Below, in pieces: positions 37,558 to 47,191 of a stretch of 50,770 bases of DNA. A program made the position numbers and the translations under genes. Within the stretch, counting starts at the first letter, position 1. The number at the start of each line of letters is the position of its first letter. The notes under the pieces are model-generated. The model did no database searches and was not told where the DNA came from. It saw only the letters and a program-made list of their open reading frames with translations. Origin of the DNA: a virus (lineage: Duplodnaviria > Caudoviricetes); the IMG/VR virus record IMGVR_UViG_3300048839_000493, positions 1 through 50,770 of that record. The stretch is one strand, 5' to 3'.

Positions 37558-37821
37558 ATGAAACGAACTCAACGCAATCAAGCCAAACTAATCGGAATCA
37601 GCGAGCCGTATCTATCAAGAGTTTTGTCCGGTGGATGCCCGATAACATGGCAACTGGCAGAACGTCTTAGCAAGGTTTTACCAGGGTCTGTTGAATTCTG
37701 GAAAAACGCAAATCCGGGGCAGCTCCGGCTTGCACTGAACAATATCCCCACCGATCGCTTGAACTCCGGCCCGACATCGTGCTCGTGTGCCGACAGCCTG
37801 GGCGAATCGACAGGGGAATAG
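37558..37821 (+). CDS. Cro/XRE-family HTH regulator
   Basis: QAKLIGISEPYLSRVLSG..PIT...A.RL..V. Confidence 0.8.
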   Translation: MKRTQRNQAKLIGISEPYLSRVLSGGCPITWQLAERLSKVLPGSVEFWKNANPGQLRLALNNIPTDRLNSGPTSCSCADSLGESTGE

Positions 37822-37973
37822 GATAGAAGCGCCGGGCGACCGGCAACCATCAACGGGCCGTATCCCTGGCAGGAAACACGGTCACAATCACCCGATCCCC
37901 GGCGGTTTCCCGGGGCAGGAGGCACAATGTCACCGATCGTAAAACGTATCAACTCGTTGGAGGACAAAAATCG

Positions 37974-38165
37974 ATGAAAACCGTTCTCGCCTTTCTAACC
38001 AGAGCCTTTCACACGATGAAGGCGCTCCAAAAAGACAGCGACGCAGGTCCAAGACCGGACCAGTACCGGGGCAAAGGCCGTGGTCCCTTCACGGCAAACC
38101 GCAGGGCCCAGGTCAAAGTGTCGCGAATCAGAAAGCTCAGGGCTACCGGGAGGAAGCCGAGATGA
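37974..38165 (+). CDS. Small basic protein
   Basis: GGAGG RBS; R/K-rich. Confidence 0.45.
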   Translation: MKTVLAFLTRAFHTMKALQKDSDAGPRPDQYRGKGRGPFTANRRAQVKVSRIRKLRATGRKPR

Positions 38166-38316
38166 TACTACATTTGATCGCGAAAATCAGAGAAACCAAT
38201 CTGCGAGATGCAATGGAAACGGCCACTGAGTTTATCATGATGGTCATCATTCTTATCTGCGTGTGGGTATTCGCCCTGTGCGGATATGGACTTGGATATT
38301 AAAAGGAGGGGCACAG

Positions 38317-38979
38317 TTGGAGCGCAAAATCGTAGCATTCGACATTGAAACCATCGCCGATCAATCAATGGTCGGCATTCTCCCGGAGGTGACTGCCGCC
38401 GGAAACCTCAAGGACCCCGCGAAGATCGCGGCGGACATCGAGAAGAAAAAACAGCAGCAGCTCCTTGACATGGGTTTGGACCCGCTGACGAACGTCATAT
38501 GCTGCTTCGGATGGTGCGACAACTCCGGCAAGGCCGGCAACATCATCTTGCCGACGGACGACACCGGGAAAGACGATGAAAAGCGGCTGTTGCTTCAGGC
38601 ATGGGACATCCTCGGCCAGTACCAGCATTTCATCTCCTTCAACGGGCGCGCTTTCGATCTGCGCTGCCTCCATCTCCACGGGATCACTCACCGGGTCAGG
38701 CCGTCAATCCTGATCGACTCCGGCCGGTACAATCGTGGGAATCATACAGACCTGCGGTTGGTCCTGGCCGGGGAGGAACGATTCGCAAAAGGCCGCCTTG
38801 ACTTCTTTTGCCGGAAGTACCTGGGCCAGGGGAAAATGGACGGCATCGACGGGGCCCTGGTTCAGTCCTACTGGGACATGGGGATGTTGGACGACATCGG
38901 CGCCTATTGCCAGGACGACGCCGAAAAAACGATGGCGCTTTACATGCTCTGCGAACAGGCAGGGCTCACAGAACTATAA
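38317..38979 (+). CDS. 3'-5' exonuclease (DnaQ/PolB-proofreading-like)
   Basis: AFDIET (Exo I), ISFNG..FDL (Exo II) and YC.DD (Exo III); AAGGAGG before TTG 38317. Confidence 0.85.
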   Translation: MERKIVAFDIETIADQSMVGILPEVTAAGNLKDPAKIAADIEKKKQQQLLDMGLDPLTNVICCFGWCDNSGKAGNIILPTDDTGKDDEKRLLLQAWDILGQYQHFISFNGRAFDLRCLHLHGITHRVRPSILIDSGRYNRGNHTDLRLVLAGEERFAKGRLDFFCRKYLGQGKMDGIDGALVQSYWDMGMLDDIGAYCQDDAEKTMALYMLCEQAGLTEL

Positions 38980-38996
38980 GAGGAAAGGACGGGACC

Positions 38997-40931
38997 ATGA
39001 TCAAAAACTTGACAGTCGGCCTGCTGGAGGCCGGAAAGATTAAAATCGGGAAAAAGGGCGAGACGGTCAAGTCGAGCCTGGGGAATGAGTTCAGGCCCCC
39101 GCAGAAGCTCGACCATTTCATCATCACAACGACCGAGCGAGACGCCGCCGGGGATTTCATCCTTGACACGGACCTGATGGATGCACTGAAGAAAAATCCG
39201 ATCCACGTCAACAAGAACGGTGACCTGATCCGGATCCCGGTGCGTCTCCTGTACGACGACATCGAACTCAACTTCCCGACGCGCTACGTGTCGTACGCAT
39301 CGGGACAGCTCAACTGCTGGGGAGACGGGGAAAAATCCTGGAAGCGCCTGAATGACTTCAGCAAAGAGACACCGTGCCCGTGCCAGCGTCTGGATGCCGA
39401 TTACAAGGGGAAGGACAGATGCAAGGCAACAGGGACGTTGACCGCGCTGATCGATGAGCCTTCGGCCGGGTTCTTCGGCACCGCCCACAAGTTCCGGACC
39501 ACCAGCATCAACACCGTGCGGGGGATGCTCGGCGGGCTCGGCTATGTCATGGCGGCGACCAAGGGTCACATTGCCGGAGTGCCGTTGTATCTGTACATGA
39601 CGCCCAAGACAACAACGACGCCGGAGGGGCACAATGCCACCGTTTACGTTGTCAGCGTCTGCTATCGCGGCAGCATGATGGACCTGCGGGACGAAGTGAC
39701 CCGACTGCTGACTGCGGACAAACAGTACCTTCTGGATATCAAGAGCTTGGAGAATGAGGCCAGGTCGGCGACCAAGGTCGGGATTTCTCCGGGCTCTGAT
39801 GATGAGCGGGATTTCGTGGAAGAGTTTTTCCCTGACGCTGCTGTTGTTGTTGAGACAGCCACCCATGAATCTGGAATCAAGCCTGAACCCGAGCCGGATC
39901 CTGAACCGAATCGGCAGCCGGAACCGGAATCCGATCCCGTTGTGGCTGTCGAGCCCTCAAATCCTGAACCTGAACAAGTCCAGCAGCAGTCCACGGGTCA
40001 GAAGGACGAGGAATCAACAACAACCATCCAGGCGCCTACCGGCACCTATGCGGACATCTTTGTCCGGATGCTCCAGGAAAAAACTGACCACGATGCCGCC
40101 TGCAAATTGGCTGCCCGGTTGAAAAAGTCAGACCTGATTTACTTCCTCGAAACTGAGGCAACTGGCTACCAGTACAACAAAACCAGCCAGAAACCTGAAA
40201 TCCTCGACGTGGTGTACCGGGCCCTGGCCGATCGCATGGGGCTTGAAATCAAATATGACGGGCCTGTTGACTCCGAAGAAACACCGGACGAACAACCCTT
40301 CATCAACGAGCTTCGCCGCCTGACTTCACAGCATGAAGTTGCCAACGCGATGTCGGCGTTTTTCAAACCACTCCCGATAAACCGGACCCTGGATATCCCT
40401 GGCTTGATTGACATGGCAAGAAAAATGCTCGCCAAAGAACCTCCGACGTGGTGCGGGGTGTGCGGCGAAAGACAGTACAGGTGCATGAGCGGGACTACGT
40501 GCAAAAATGGCCACGGTGGTGCCGATGCTTGCTATGTGGATCCGAACAAACCCGGGGCGGCTGTCACCATCGAGAAAGAGACCCAGGTCAAGCAACCTGC
40601 AGTCGAATTGGCACCGGCGCCGGTACCTATCCAGGAGATAATAGCCACCGCATCAACGCCGAACCCCACTGCCGACCAGCAGTATTCCCGGGAGTGGGAT
40701 GAGTCCGGCCCCATCCAGCGCCCCCAGTTGGTAGAGCTGGTTCGCCTGAAAAAGATCCTTGAGGACGCCGGAGTCCTGCGGCCCGACAAGTGGTTCGATA
40801 ACGTCGCCTACTTCCTTGACAAGGCCGGAAAGCCTGTCCAGAAGGCGACGGAGTTGACGACGAAGCAGGGGGAAACCTTCATTGCCGTCCTGAACGCGAA
40901 CATCAAGAAGCACGATATAACCCCGTTTTAA
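38997..40931 (+). CDS. Recombination protein with phiC31 gp3/RDF-like N-domain and long acidic/Pro-rich C-terminus
   Basis: GKIKIGKKG...P.KLDHF...C.GDG...CPC...CK..G.L...FRTTS; C-terminal CGVCG..C...C..H motif and DITPF tail. Confidence 0.6.
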   Translation: MIKNLTVGLLEAGKIKIGKKGETVKSSLGNEFRPPQKLDHFIITTTERDAAGDFILDTDLMDALKKNPIHVNKNGDLIRIPVRLLYDDIELNFPTRYVSYASGQLNCWGDGEKSWKRLNDFSKETPCPCQRLDADYKGKDRCKATGTLTALIDEPSAGFFGTAHKFRTTSINTVRGMLGGLGYVMAATKGHIAGVPLYLYMTPKTTTTPEGHNATVYVVSVCYRGSMMDLRDEVTRLLTADKQYLLDIKSLENEARSATKVGISPGSDDERDFVEEFFPDAAVVVETATHESGIKPEPEPDPEPNRQPEPESDPVVAVEPSNPEPEQVQQQSTGQKDEESTTTIQAPTGTYADIFVRMLQEKTDHDAACKLAARLKKSDLIYFLETEATGYQYNKTSQKPEILDVVYRALADRMGLEIKYDGPVDSEETPDEQPFINELRRLTSQHEVANAMSAFFKPLPINRTLDIPGLIDMARKMLAKEPPTWCGVCGERQYRCMSGTTCKNGHGGADACYVDPNKPGAAVTIEKETQVKQPAVELAPAPVPIQEIIATASTPNPTADQQYSREWDESGPIQRPQLVELVRLKKILEDAGVLRPDKWFDNVAYFLDKAGKPVQKATELTTKQGETFIAVLNANIKKHDITPF

Positions 40932-40949
40932 CGCACAACCAAACAACAA

Positions 40950-41627
40950 ATGGAGAGCATCAAAATGGCTGACAACACTGTAGTAACGTACGCATGGGAT
41001 CAGGTAGACGTCGAGGAAACGGTTTCTGAGACCGACATCAAGCAGTCTGACAACCTCGGATCCGGCACCCCTGTAGGAAAATTCCTTTGCACTCTGGAAG
41101 ACATCACCTGCCAGGAAAACGCGATGAAGGAATATACCTGCCTGGCCGCGAACATGAAGCTCCGGATTGATCGCGTCATCGAACTGGAACAGCCCGTCAT
41201 CGACGACAAGACCGGGAAGCCCATCGAACGGGGAAGGATCGTCGTCATGAAAAAGATGCCGGTCAAGCCTGAGAAGCAGGCCGAAGCCAACATGCTGTAC
41301 GGAGGCCAATACCTCTATGACATGGTTAACCTGGCCCACGCCAAGGAAAAGCAAGGCATGAAGAACCGCCGGGTTTTCGTGGCACGCCGCCTGAACATCA
41401 TCACCGAGCAGGAATTTGTCGGAAACAAGGCCATCGTCATCCCGACCAAAGCGTGGCCTGCTGCCAAGGGTCGCCAGGTAGTGGTCGAGACCGAATGGAA
41501 CCGCTGGAAGGACAAGTTGACCGGGGAGGACCGGCAGAATGTCAAGGTGAAATTCGACGGATACGACTTCCCCGCGGCGGCGAATGCCGGAGTGAAACAG
41601 CCGGAGCCGGATTTCTCGAACATCTAA
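40950..41627 (+). CDS. Putative single-stranded DNA-binding protein
   Basis: P.GKF.C pattern, OB-like beta content and acidic-aromatic tail EPDFSNI; start may be ATG 40965. Confidence 0.55.
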   Translation: MESIKMADNTVVTYAWDQVDVEETVSETDIKQSDNLGSGTPVGKFLCTLEDITCQENAMKEYTCLAANMKLRIDRVIELEQPVIDDKTGKPIERGRIVVMKKMPVKPEKQAEANMLYGGQYLYDMVNLAHAKEKQGMKNRRVFVARRLNIITEQEFVGNKAIVIPTKAWPAAKGRQVVVETEWNRWKDKLTGEDRQNVKVKFDGYDFPAAANAGVKQPEPDFSNI

Positions 41628-41651
41628 CCGCCAACGACACCAGGAGCAGTA

Positions 41652-42425
41652 ATGCCAGCCGGAAAAACAGCACACCACCCTGACGGGGTTCATAGCATAA
41701 CCTTCCGCGAGGACAACCACTCCTACGTGGACAACAACGGGAAACGGTATGTCAGCGGTACGACATTCATCAAACCGTTTTTTCCAAAATTCGATGCTGT
41801 GGCCGTGTCAGAGCGGTGTGCTGCCGGCGACAATCCGAAGTACGCCGGTAGAGACCCTGGAGAAATCCGGGCGGAGTGGATGGCCGAGGGTAAGCGCGGC
41901 AGCGGCGAGGGGGATAATGTCCATACCTACATCGAGGCTGTTCTTTCTGGATGGCCCAAGTTCAAACAACCGAGACCGATATCTCTCCGTTGTGCCTTCC
42001 TATTTTGGCAGGCCCGCCGGGCAATGCGATGGCTGACTGTTGGTCGCGGGCTGGTTTTTATCGCCTGTGAGATGATCGTGTTCTCACCATCGCTCGGCCT
42101 GGCCGGCAGTATCGATTTGCTGATGTATGACCAGTTCAGAAACGAGGCTGTAATTTTAGACTGGAAGCAAAACAAAGAGATCAAATCAACTAATCAGTTC
42201 CAATCTGCAATCGAACCAATAGACCACCTGCAAGATACCGATATTTCAAAATACTCTCTGCAACTGTCCCTGTATCAACACATCATCGAAGTTGAAAACT
42301 ACTTCCCGGGAATATCCGGATTCAGACGTGGGCTTATTCATCTCCAACCGACCTCATTCACGCCTATCCCTATCGAAGATTACAACTATGAAATCCGCTG
42401 TATGCTCAAACACGCGGGGAGATAA
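41652..42425 (+). CDS. PD-(D/E)XK exonuclease
   Basis: H.Y...Y.S.TT, G..VH.YIE, E......LAGSIDL...ILDWK and Y.LQLSLY. Confidence 0.85.
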   Translation: MPAGKTAHHPDGVHSITFREDNHSYVDNNGKRYVSGTTFIKPFFPKFDAVAVSERCAAGDNPKYAGRDPGEIRAEWMAEGKRGSGEGDNVHTYIEAVLSGWPKFKQPRPISLRCAFLFWQARRAMRWLTVGRGLVFIACEMIVFSPSLGLAGSIDLLMYDQFRNEAVILDWKQNKEIKSTNQFQSAIEPIDHLQDTDISKYSLQLSLYQHIIEVENYFPGISGFRRGLIHLQPTSFTPIPIEDYNYEIRCMLKHAGR

Positions 42426-42430
42426 ACAGC

Positions 42431-43375
42431 ATGGCAGATACAGCATCCATCACGATAACGGCGACCCTTGACCGGATCATCTTCCAGAAGGAAGAGACTG
42501 GTTTCATCATAGGACAATTTTTTGATGCCGAAGCCGCCGGGTCAAGGCTGACAGCGGTCGGCACAATGATCAATCCTCAAATCTCCATGGAATACCGGCT
42601 GACCGGGGGATGGGAGGACAATCCACGATTCGGCAAGCAGTTCAAATTCAGCCAATTCAGTATGATCATCCCCCACGATACGAACGGAATCTACAAGTAC
42701 ATAGTCAGAGTGTGCAAGTTCGTCGCTGCCAGCCGGGGACAACAGATTATCGACACCTACGGCAAGACCGCACTGGATGTCATGAAGAACGAGCCGGAAA
42801 GACTGTCCGCAGATGTCCATGGAATCACCCTTGACCGCGCAAAGGAAATTCAGGCGGCATTACTGGCGAATGAACTAAACGAATCGGTCATGGTAGAGCT
42901 TGGCAGCATTCTCGATGTCCCCGGGATCCGGAAATCCCTCCTGGGGCAACTCGTCGAAAAATACAAAAGCAATGCGCCTGCCATGGTCAGAGAGAATCCT
43001 TACCGGCTGACACAGTTCAGCGGAGTGGGTTTCCTCTTGGCTGATCGGGTGGCTGTACATATCGGCTTCCCACGTGACAGCGTATTCCGCAAGGAGGCGG
43101 CGGCCTGCCATATCATCGAACAGACCATGCAGGAGGGATCGGTGTGGATCCACATCGATGAACTTTTGTCAAAAATGAAAGAGCTGATCCAGGTAGTTGA
43201 TCTTGACGAGGGTGTCCGGTCACTACTGAAAAGGGGAGCCATCGTGAAATCTGCCGATGCTGGCCGTTATGTGGCATTCTCGGGCCCTGCCGAGGATGAG
43301 TGGTATATCAGCCGAAAACTCATCTCTGGGTCATTCGTTGTTGACAATGAGCTTGCCATCGGCCTGGAGGTATAG
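42431..43375 (+). CDS. RecD2-like helicase, N-terminal OB/HhH part
   Basis: IIFQ.EETGF, G.W..NPRFGKQF and ENPYRL....GVGF..AD..A. Confidence 0.85.
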   Translation: MADTASITITATLDRIIFQKEETGFIIGQFFDAEAAGSRLTAVGTMINPQISMEYRLTGGWEDNPRFGKQFKFSQFSMIIPHDTNGIYKYIVRVCKFVAASRGQQIIDTYGKTALDVMKNEPERLSADVHGITLDRAKEIQAALLANELNESVMVELGSILDVPGIRKSLLGQLVEKYKSNAPAMVRENPYRLTQFSGVGFLLADRVAVHIGFPRDSVFRKEAAACHIIEQTMQEGSVWIHIDELLSKMKELIQVVDLDEGVRSLLKRGAIVKSADAGRYVAFSGPAEDEWYISRKLISGSFVVDNELAIGLEV

Positions 43376-43382
43376 AGCAATC

Positions 43383-44666
43383 ATGAGTCCACGCGAAATC
43401 ATTCTTACAGACCAGCAAATTGCAGCCGCTGGAATGGTGAGGCGGCACCAAATATCCGTCCTGGTAGGGGGCCCGGGGACAGGGAAAACAACCGCAACGT
43501 TCAATATTCTCAACTGGGCCGAGGGCAACCGTATGAGCATTCTCCAGGCCGCCCCAACCGGCAAGGCAGCCAAGCGCATGAGGGAAGCGACTGGGCGCCC
43601 GGCATCCACCATCCATTCCATGTTGGGGTGTGAATTTGTCAACGGCAAGTTTGAGTTTGTTCACAACGAAGACAATCCGATCCGGTGCGACCTGCTCATC
43701 ATAGATGAATGCAGTATGCTTACCAACAGCCTCCTTGCCGATGTCCTGCGGGCCGTCGATGTAAGGCGGACGAAAGTTCTTTTTGTCGGCGATCAGGACC
43801 AGCTTCCGTCTGTCGGGGCCGGCGCCGTCCTCCGAGATATCTTGGCATCTGGGATGATCCCATACACAGAACTGGATGTGATTCACCGTAACAGTGGGAC
43901 CATCATTTCAGCGTGCTCATCTATCCGAGAGGGCGAGAGCTACATCCCGGACACAGCCATTGATCTTGACGCAGAAAGCCCTGCGAATCTTATCCATGTG
44001 GAATGCCAGACACCCGAGGAAACACTCCGTGCTGTTGAGACAATCATGTGTGAGAGGATGCCCGCCAGGGGCTTTGACCCGATCAATGACGTCCAAGTGA
44101 TAAGCCCGGTCAACGAAAAGGGGTTGCTCTCCTGCATGTCGATCAATTCGCGCATCCAGTCTGTTTTGAATCCAGGGAACGCGGTCAACGAGAATGACCG
44201 ATTCCGCACTGGGGACAAGGTGATTAATACGAAGAATGGCGCCGCCAATTTGCACAACAGCAGCGCACAAACTTACATTGTCAATGGAGACATCGGCATG
44301 ATCACCGGAACCCACCTGGACAGGTATTTCATCGTAAGGTTTTCGGATCCGGACCGAGATGTTTTGATCCCCCGCGCAAATCATGATCTCCTTCACGCTT
44401 ATTGCATCACCTGTCACCGATTCCAAGGCAGCGAAGCCCCGGTTATCATCATCCCGGTTCACAACCAATTTGCCTATTTTCTGTCGAACAGTTGGATATA
44501 CACGGCCATCAGCCGTTCAAAGAAACTGTGTATCACAGTTGGAGCTTTTGCTGTAATCGAGAAAGCGATTCAAAACCGGATACCGAACAATCGATGCACC
44601 ATGTTGAAGGAGCGGATTATTGAGACTGACGAAGCAATGGCCGATCAAATTTTCGGGGATATTTGA
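43383..44666 (+). CDS. RecD2-like SF1B helicase, catalytic part
   Basis: GGPGTGKT, APTGKAAKR, IIDE.SM, VGD.DQLPSVG.G, AYCIT.H..QGSE and YTAISR; own GGAGGT RBS. Confidence 0.9.
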   Translation: MSPREIILTDQQIAAAGMVRRHQISVLVGGPGTGKTTATFNILNWAEGNRMSILQAAPTGKAAKRMREATGRPASTIHSMLGCEFVNGKFEFVHNEDNPIRCDLLIIDECSMLTNSLLADVLRAVDVRRTKVLFVGDQDQLPSVGAGAVLRDILASGMIPYTELDVIHRNSGTIISACSSIREGESYIPDTAIDLDAESPANLIHVECQTPEETLRAVETIMCERMPARGFDPINDVQVISPVNEKGLLSCMSINSRIQSVLNPGNAVNENDRFRTGDKVINTKNGAANLHNSSAQTYIVNGDIGMITGTHLDRYFIVRFSDPDRDVLIPRANHDLLHAYCITCHRFQGSEAPVIIIPVHNQFAYFLSNSWIYTAISRSKKLCITVGAFAVIEKAIQNRIPNNRCTMLKERIIETDEAMADQIFGDI

Positions 44667-45187
44667 TCATGGGGAAAAAGCGAGAGATCAACGTATTCAC
44701 TGTGATCATTGACACCCGGGAGCAGTGCCCGGTCCTGCATGGTAAAGCGGGGTCTCCGGGATTCCAGGATATCAAAACAGAATGGGGGACATTGAAAACC
44801 GGAGATTACTCTATCCTTGGTATGTCTGACCCGGATACCTGCGAGCATTCTATCACGATCGAACGAAAATCACTGCCAGACTTGTTCGGATCAACCGGGC
44901 GGGACCGTGATAGATTCGAGCGTGAATGTCAGCGAATGGCGAAGTTCGACCATGCCGAAATTGTAATAGAAGGCGATTTAAAAACCATATTTACCAACCC
45001 TCCCGCTGCATCCGCTATGCTTCCAAAATCTGTATATCGGACGCTCCTTGCCTTTTGCCAGCGATACGGAATCAAAATCTGGCCCTGCCCAAACCGGACC
45101 TTTGCGGAGCGCCATATTTACCTGACGCTAAAACGCTTTTATGAAGATCGCCTACCGAACGGAAAAATGGAGTTCGCGAAAATATGA
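44663..45187 (+). CDS. ERCC4-domain nuclease (putative resolvase)
   Basis: IIDTREQ, L.TGDY and IERKSL.DL. Confidence 0.85.
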   Translation: MIMGKKREINVFTVIIDTREQCPVLHGKAGSPGFQDIKTEWGTLKTGDYSILGMSDPDTCEHSITIERKSLPDLFGSTGRDRDRFERECQRMAKFDHAEIVIEGDLKTIFTNPPAASAMLPKSVYRTLLAFCQRYGIKIWPCPNRTFAERHIYLTLKRFYEDRLPNGKMEFAKI

Positions 45188-46815
45188 CAACGGATGCCGG
45201 GAATAATGATGGCAAAAAAATACTTGTCAATGATGACGGGTCTGCATTGCCAGCCGAAAGAAGAAAAAATGAATGCCAGAAACAACCGGATGAAATGGAA
45301 CCTCCTCCGGATGGAACTGAAGAATCATCTGAAATCGATTCAGAGTCAAACATAATAGACCTCCCTCAAAACGATAAAATTTGTTTACAAGCGCTTCGGA
45401 TGAATGAAGACGGAGATGCGTTTTTGCTCGTATCCGCGTTCAAAAATAAGTACTGCTTCGACTGTCAAACGCAAACTTGGTACTATTGGAATGATCATTA
45501 CTGGAGGCGCGACAAACTCAATCATCATCTGCATCTCATCAATACTGTGATCGATCGATACGAAAAGCAAAAGGTTTATGAAACGCTTTCTGCTCAAAAA
45601 GCGACGAAAGAATGCAATGATAAAAAAGCGAAAAAACACCAAGTAAATGTTGATGCTCTGCAAAAAAGGATTCATTTCCTTGGCACCGTCTACCGGAAAG
45701 AATCAGTCTTAAAATTGGCTCGGTCAGGCGTCAATTCCATGGGCATCACCGGGGAAGAGTGGGACCAGAATCCCTATCTGCTCGCCTGTAAAAATGGTGT
45801 GATCGATCTGAAAACGGCACAGTTCAGACCAGGTTCACCATCAGACTTTTGCAAGGTTCATGCGCCAACCAACTGGACTCAACCAAACGAGCCGTGCCCG
45901 TTGTGGGAAAATTTCCTCCTATCAACGTTTGGCCGCGATGAGGAACTTGTGTCCTACATGCGCCGCCTCCTCGGCTATTCAATCGCCGGACTCACAACGG
46001 AACACATTTATCCCATACTGTGGGGCCCCCGGGGACGCAACGGAAAGGGAACGATGTTTGAGACCCTGAAGTACATACTTGGGGATCTGCTCTATAAGGC
46101 CCCACGTGGATTCCTGTTGCAAACCAAAAACCAATCGGACGGATCCGCCCCGAATGCTGCCGTTATGGGCCTGCGCGGGGTTAGGATCGTATGGTGCTCT
46201 GAGACCAACGAAGGGGACCGCCTGGACGTTGGAAATCTAAAGGAATTGACTGGTGGGGACACCATCTCAGCCCGATTGCCATACGCGAAACAGCAAATTC
46301 AATTCAAAGCCACGCACACCCTTTTCACAATTACCAACAACCGGCCGAAAATTCTGGAGGACGATCAGGCATTCTGGTCAAGGGCCCACCTGATCCCATT
46401 CGAGTACTCTTTCTTGCCGTATCCGGATCCGAACAATCCCCGCCAAGTCAAGGCCGACCAAAACCTGCTTGAAAAATTGAGGGGTGAAGCATCTGGTATT
46501 TTGGCATGGCTTGTCCGTGGGCATATCGAGTGGTCTGAGTTCGGCCTGCTGCCGCCGCAAAAGGTTTGCGATGCGACAGCGGAATACCGGGTCAACGAGG
46601 ACATCATCGGGCACTTCATCTCTGAGCGGTGCGTTACTGGTGACAGTGATCTCCGGGCCAAACCGAAAGACCTGTACAGGGTTTATCGGGAATGGTGCGA
46701 CGAGGTTGGACGGAAGCCGAAGGCAAAAACCCGGTTCATGGAGGATATGCGGGATCGGTTCCCGATGGTGAGAAACAGTATCAATCTTTTCACTGGAATA
46801 GGGATCCTCGACTAA
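45184..46815 (+). CDS. P4/D5-family SF3 helicase (primase C-terminal-like)
   Basis: D5_N region (NGVIDL.T), G.NGKGT Walker A, SE..E, KELTGGD...AR and TNN.P. Confidence 0.9.
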   Translation: MTTDAGNNDGKKILVNDDGSALPAERRKNECQKQPDEMEPPPDGTEESSEIDSESNIIDLPQNDKICLQALRMNEDGDAFLLVSAFKNKYCFDCQTQTWYYWNDHYWRRDKLNHHLHLINTVIDRYEKQKVYETLSAQKATKECNDKKAKKHQVNVDALQKRIHFLGTVYRKESVLKLARSGVNSMGITGEEWDQNPYLLACKNGVIDLKTAQFRPGSPSDFCKVHAPTNWTQPNEPCPLWENFLLSTFGRDEELVSYMRRLLGYSIAGLTTEHIYPILWGPRGRNGKGTMFETLKYILGDLLYKAPRGFLLQTKNQSDGSAPNAAVMGLRGVRIVWCSETNEGDRLDVGNLKELTGGDTISARLPYAKQQIQFKATHTLFTITNNRPKILEDDQAFWSRAHLIPFEYSFLPYPDPNNPRQVKADQNLLEKLRGEASGILAWLVRGHIEWSEFGLLPPQKVCDATAEYRVNEDIIGHFISERCVTGDSDLRAKPKDLYRVYREWCDEVGRKPKAKTRFMEDMRDRFPMVRNSINLFTGIGILD

Positions 46816-46845
46816 ATGAGACATATTAATAAACTACAAATTAAT

Positions 46846-47171
46846 TTTGCTCGTACTTTGCTCGCCTGTTTTCAATATGTTACAATACTTTGCTCGCTGT
46901 TGCTCGTACTTTGCTCGTTAAAATATTCTAACAATATCAAATACATATATCTATTAACGAGCATTTATATATTGTTTTTGAAAAAAACATATATAGAAGG
47001 AGTAGAGAAAAAAGAACGCATATATATAGAACGCGTACGCACACACATACGCACATATAGGGCTTTTTCCTGGGAAAAATGCTCTTTGCTCGTAAACGGT
47101 ATTATTCTTAATAAAATAAGTTGTTTATGAACGAGCAAAACACGAGCAAACGAGCAAACTTAAAATGCTCG
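46846..47171. repeat. Putative replication origin with TGCTCG/CGAGCA iterons
   Basis: 11 copies in both orientations (46846, 46857, 46889, 46899, 46910, 46958rc, 47085, 47132rc, 47143rc, 47151rc, 47166) around an AT-rich core, between helicase and primase. Confidence 0.85.
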
Positions 47172-47191
47172 TTGGGATTTTAAGGGACAAA

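Noticed and set aside
46816-47130. 104 aa ORF between helicase and primase
   Set aside because: It runs through the iteron and AT-rich origin with low-complexity translation; probably spurious.
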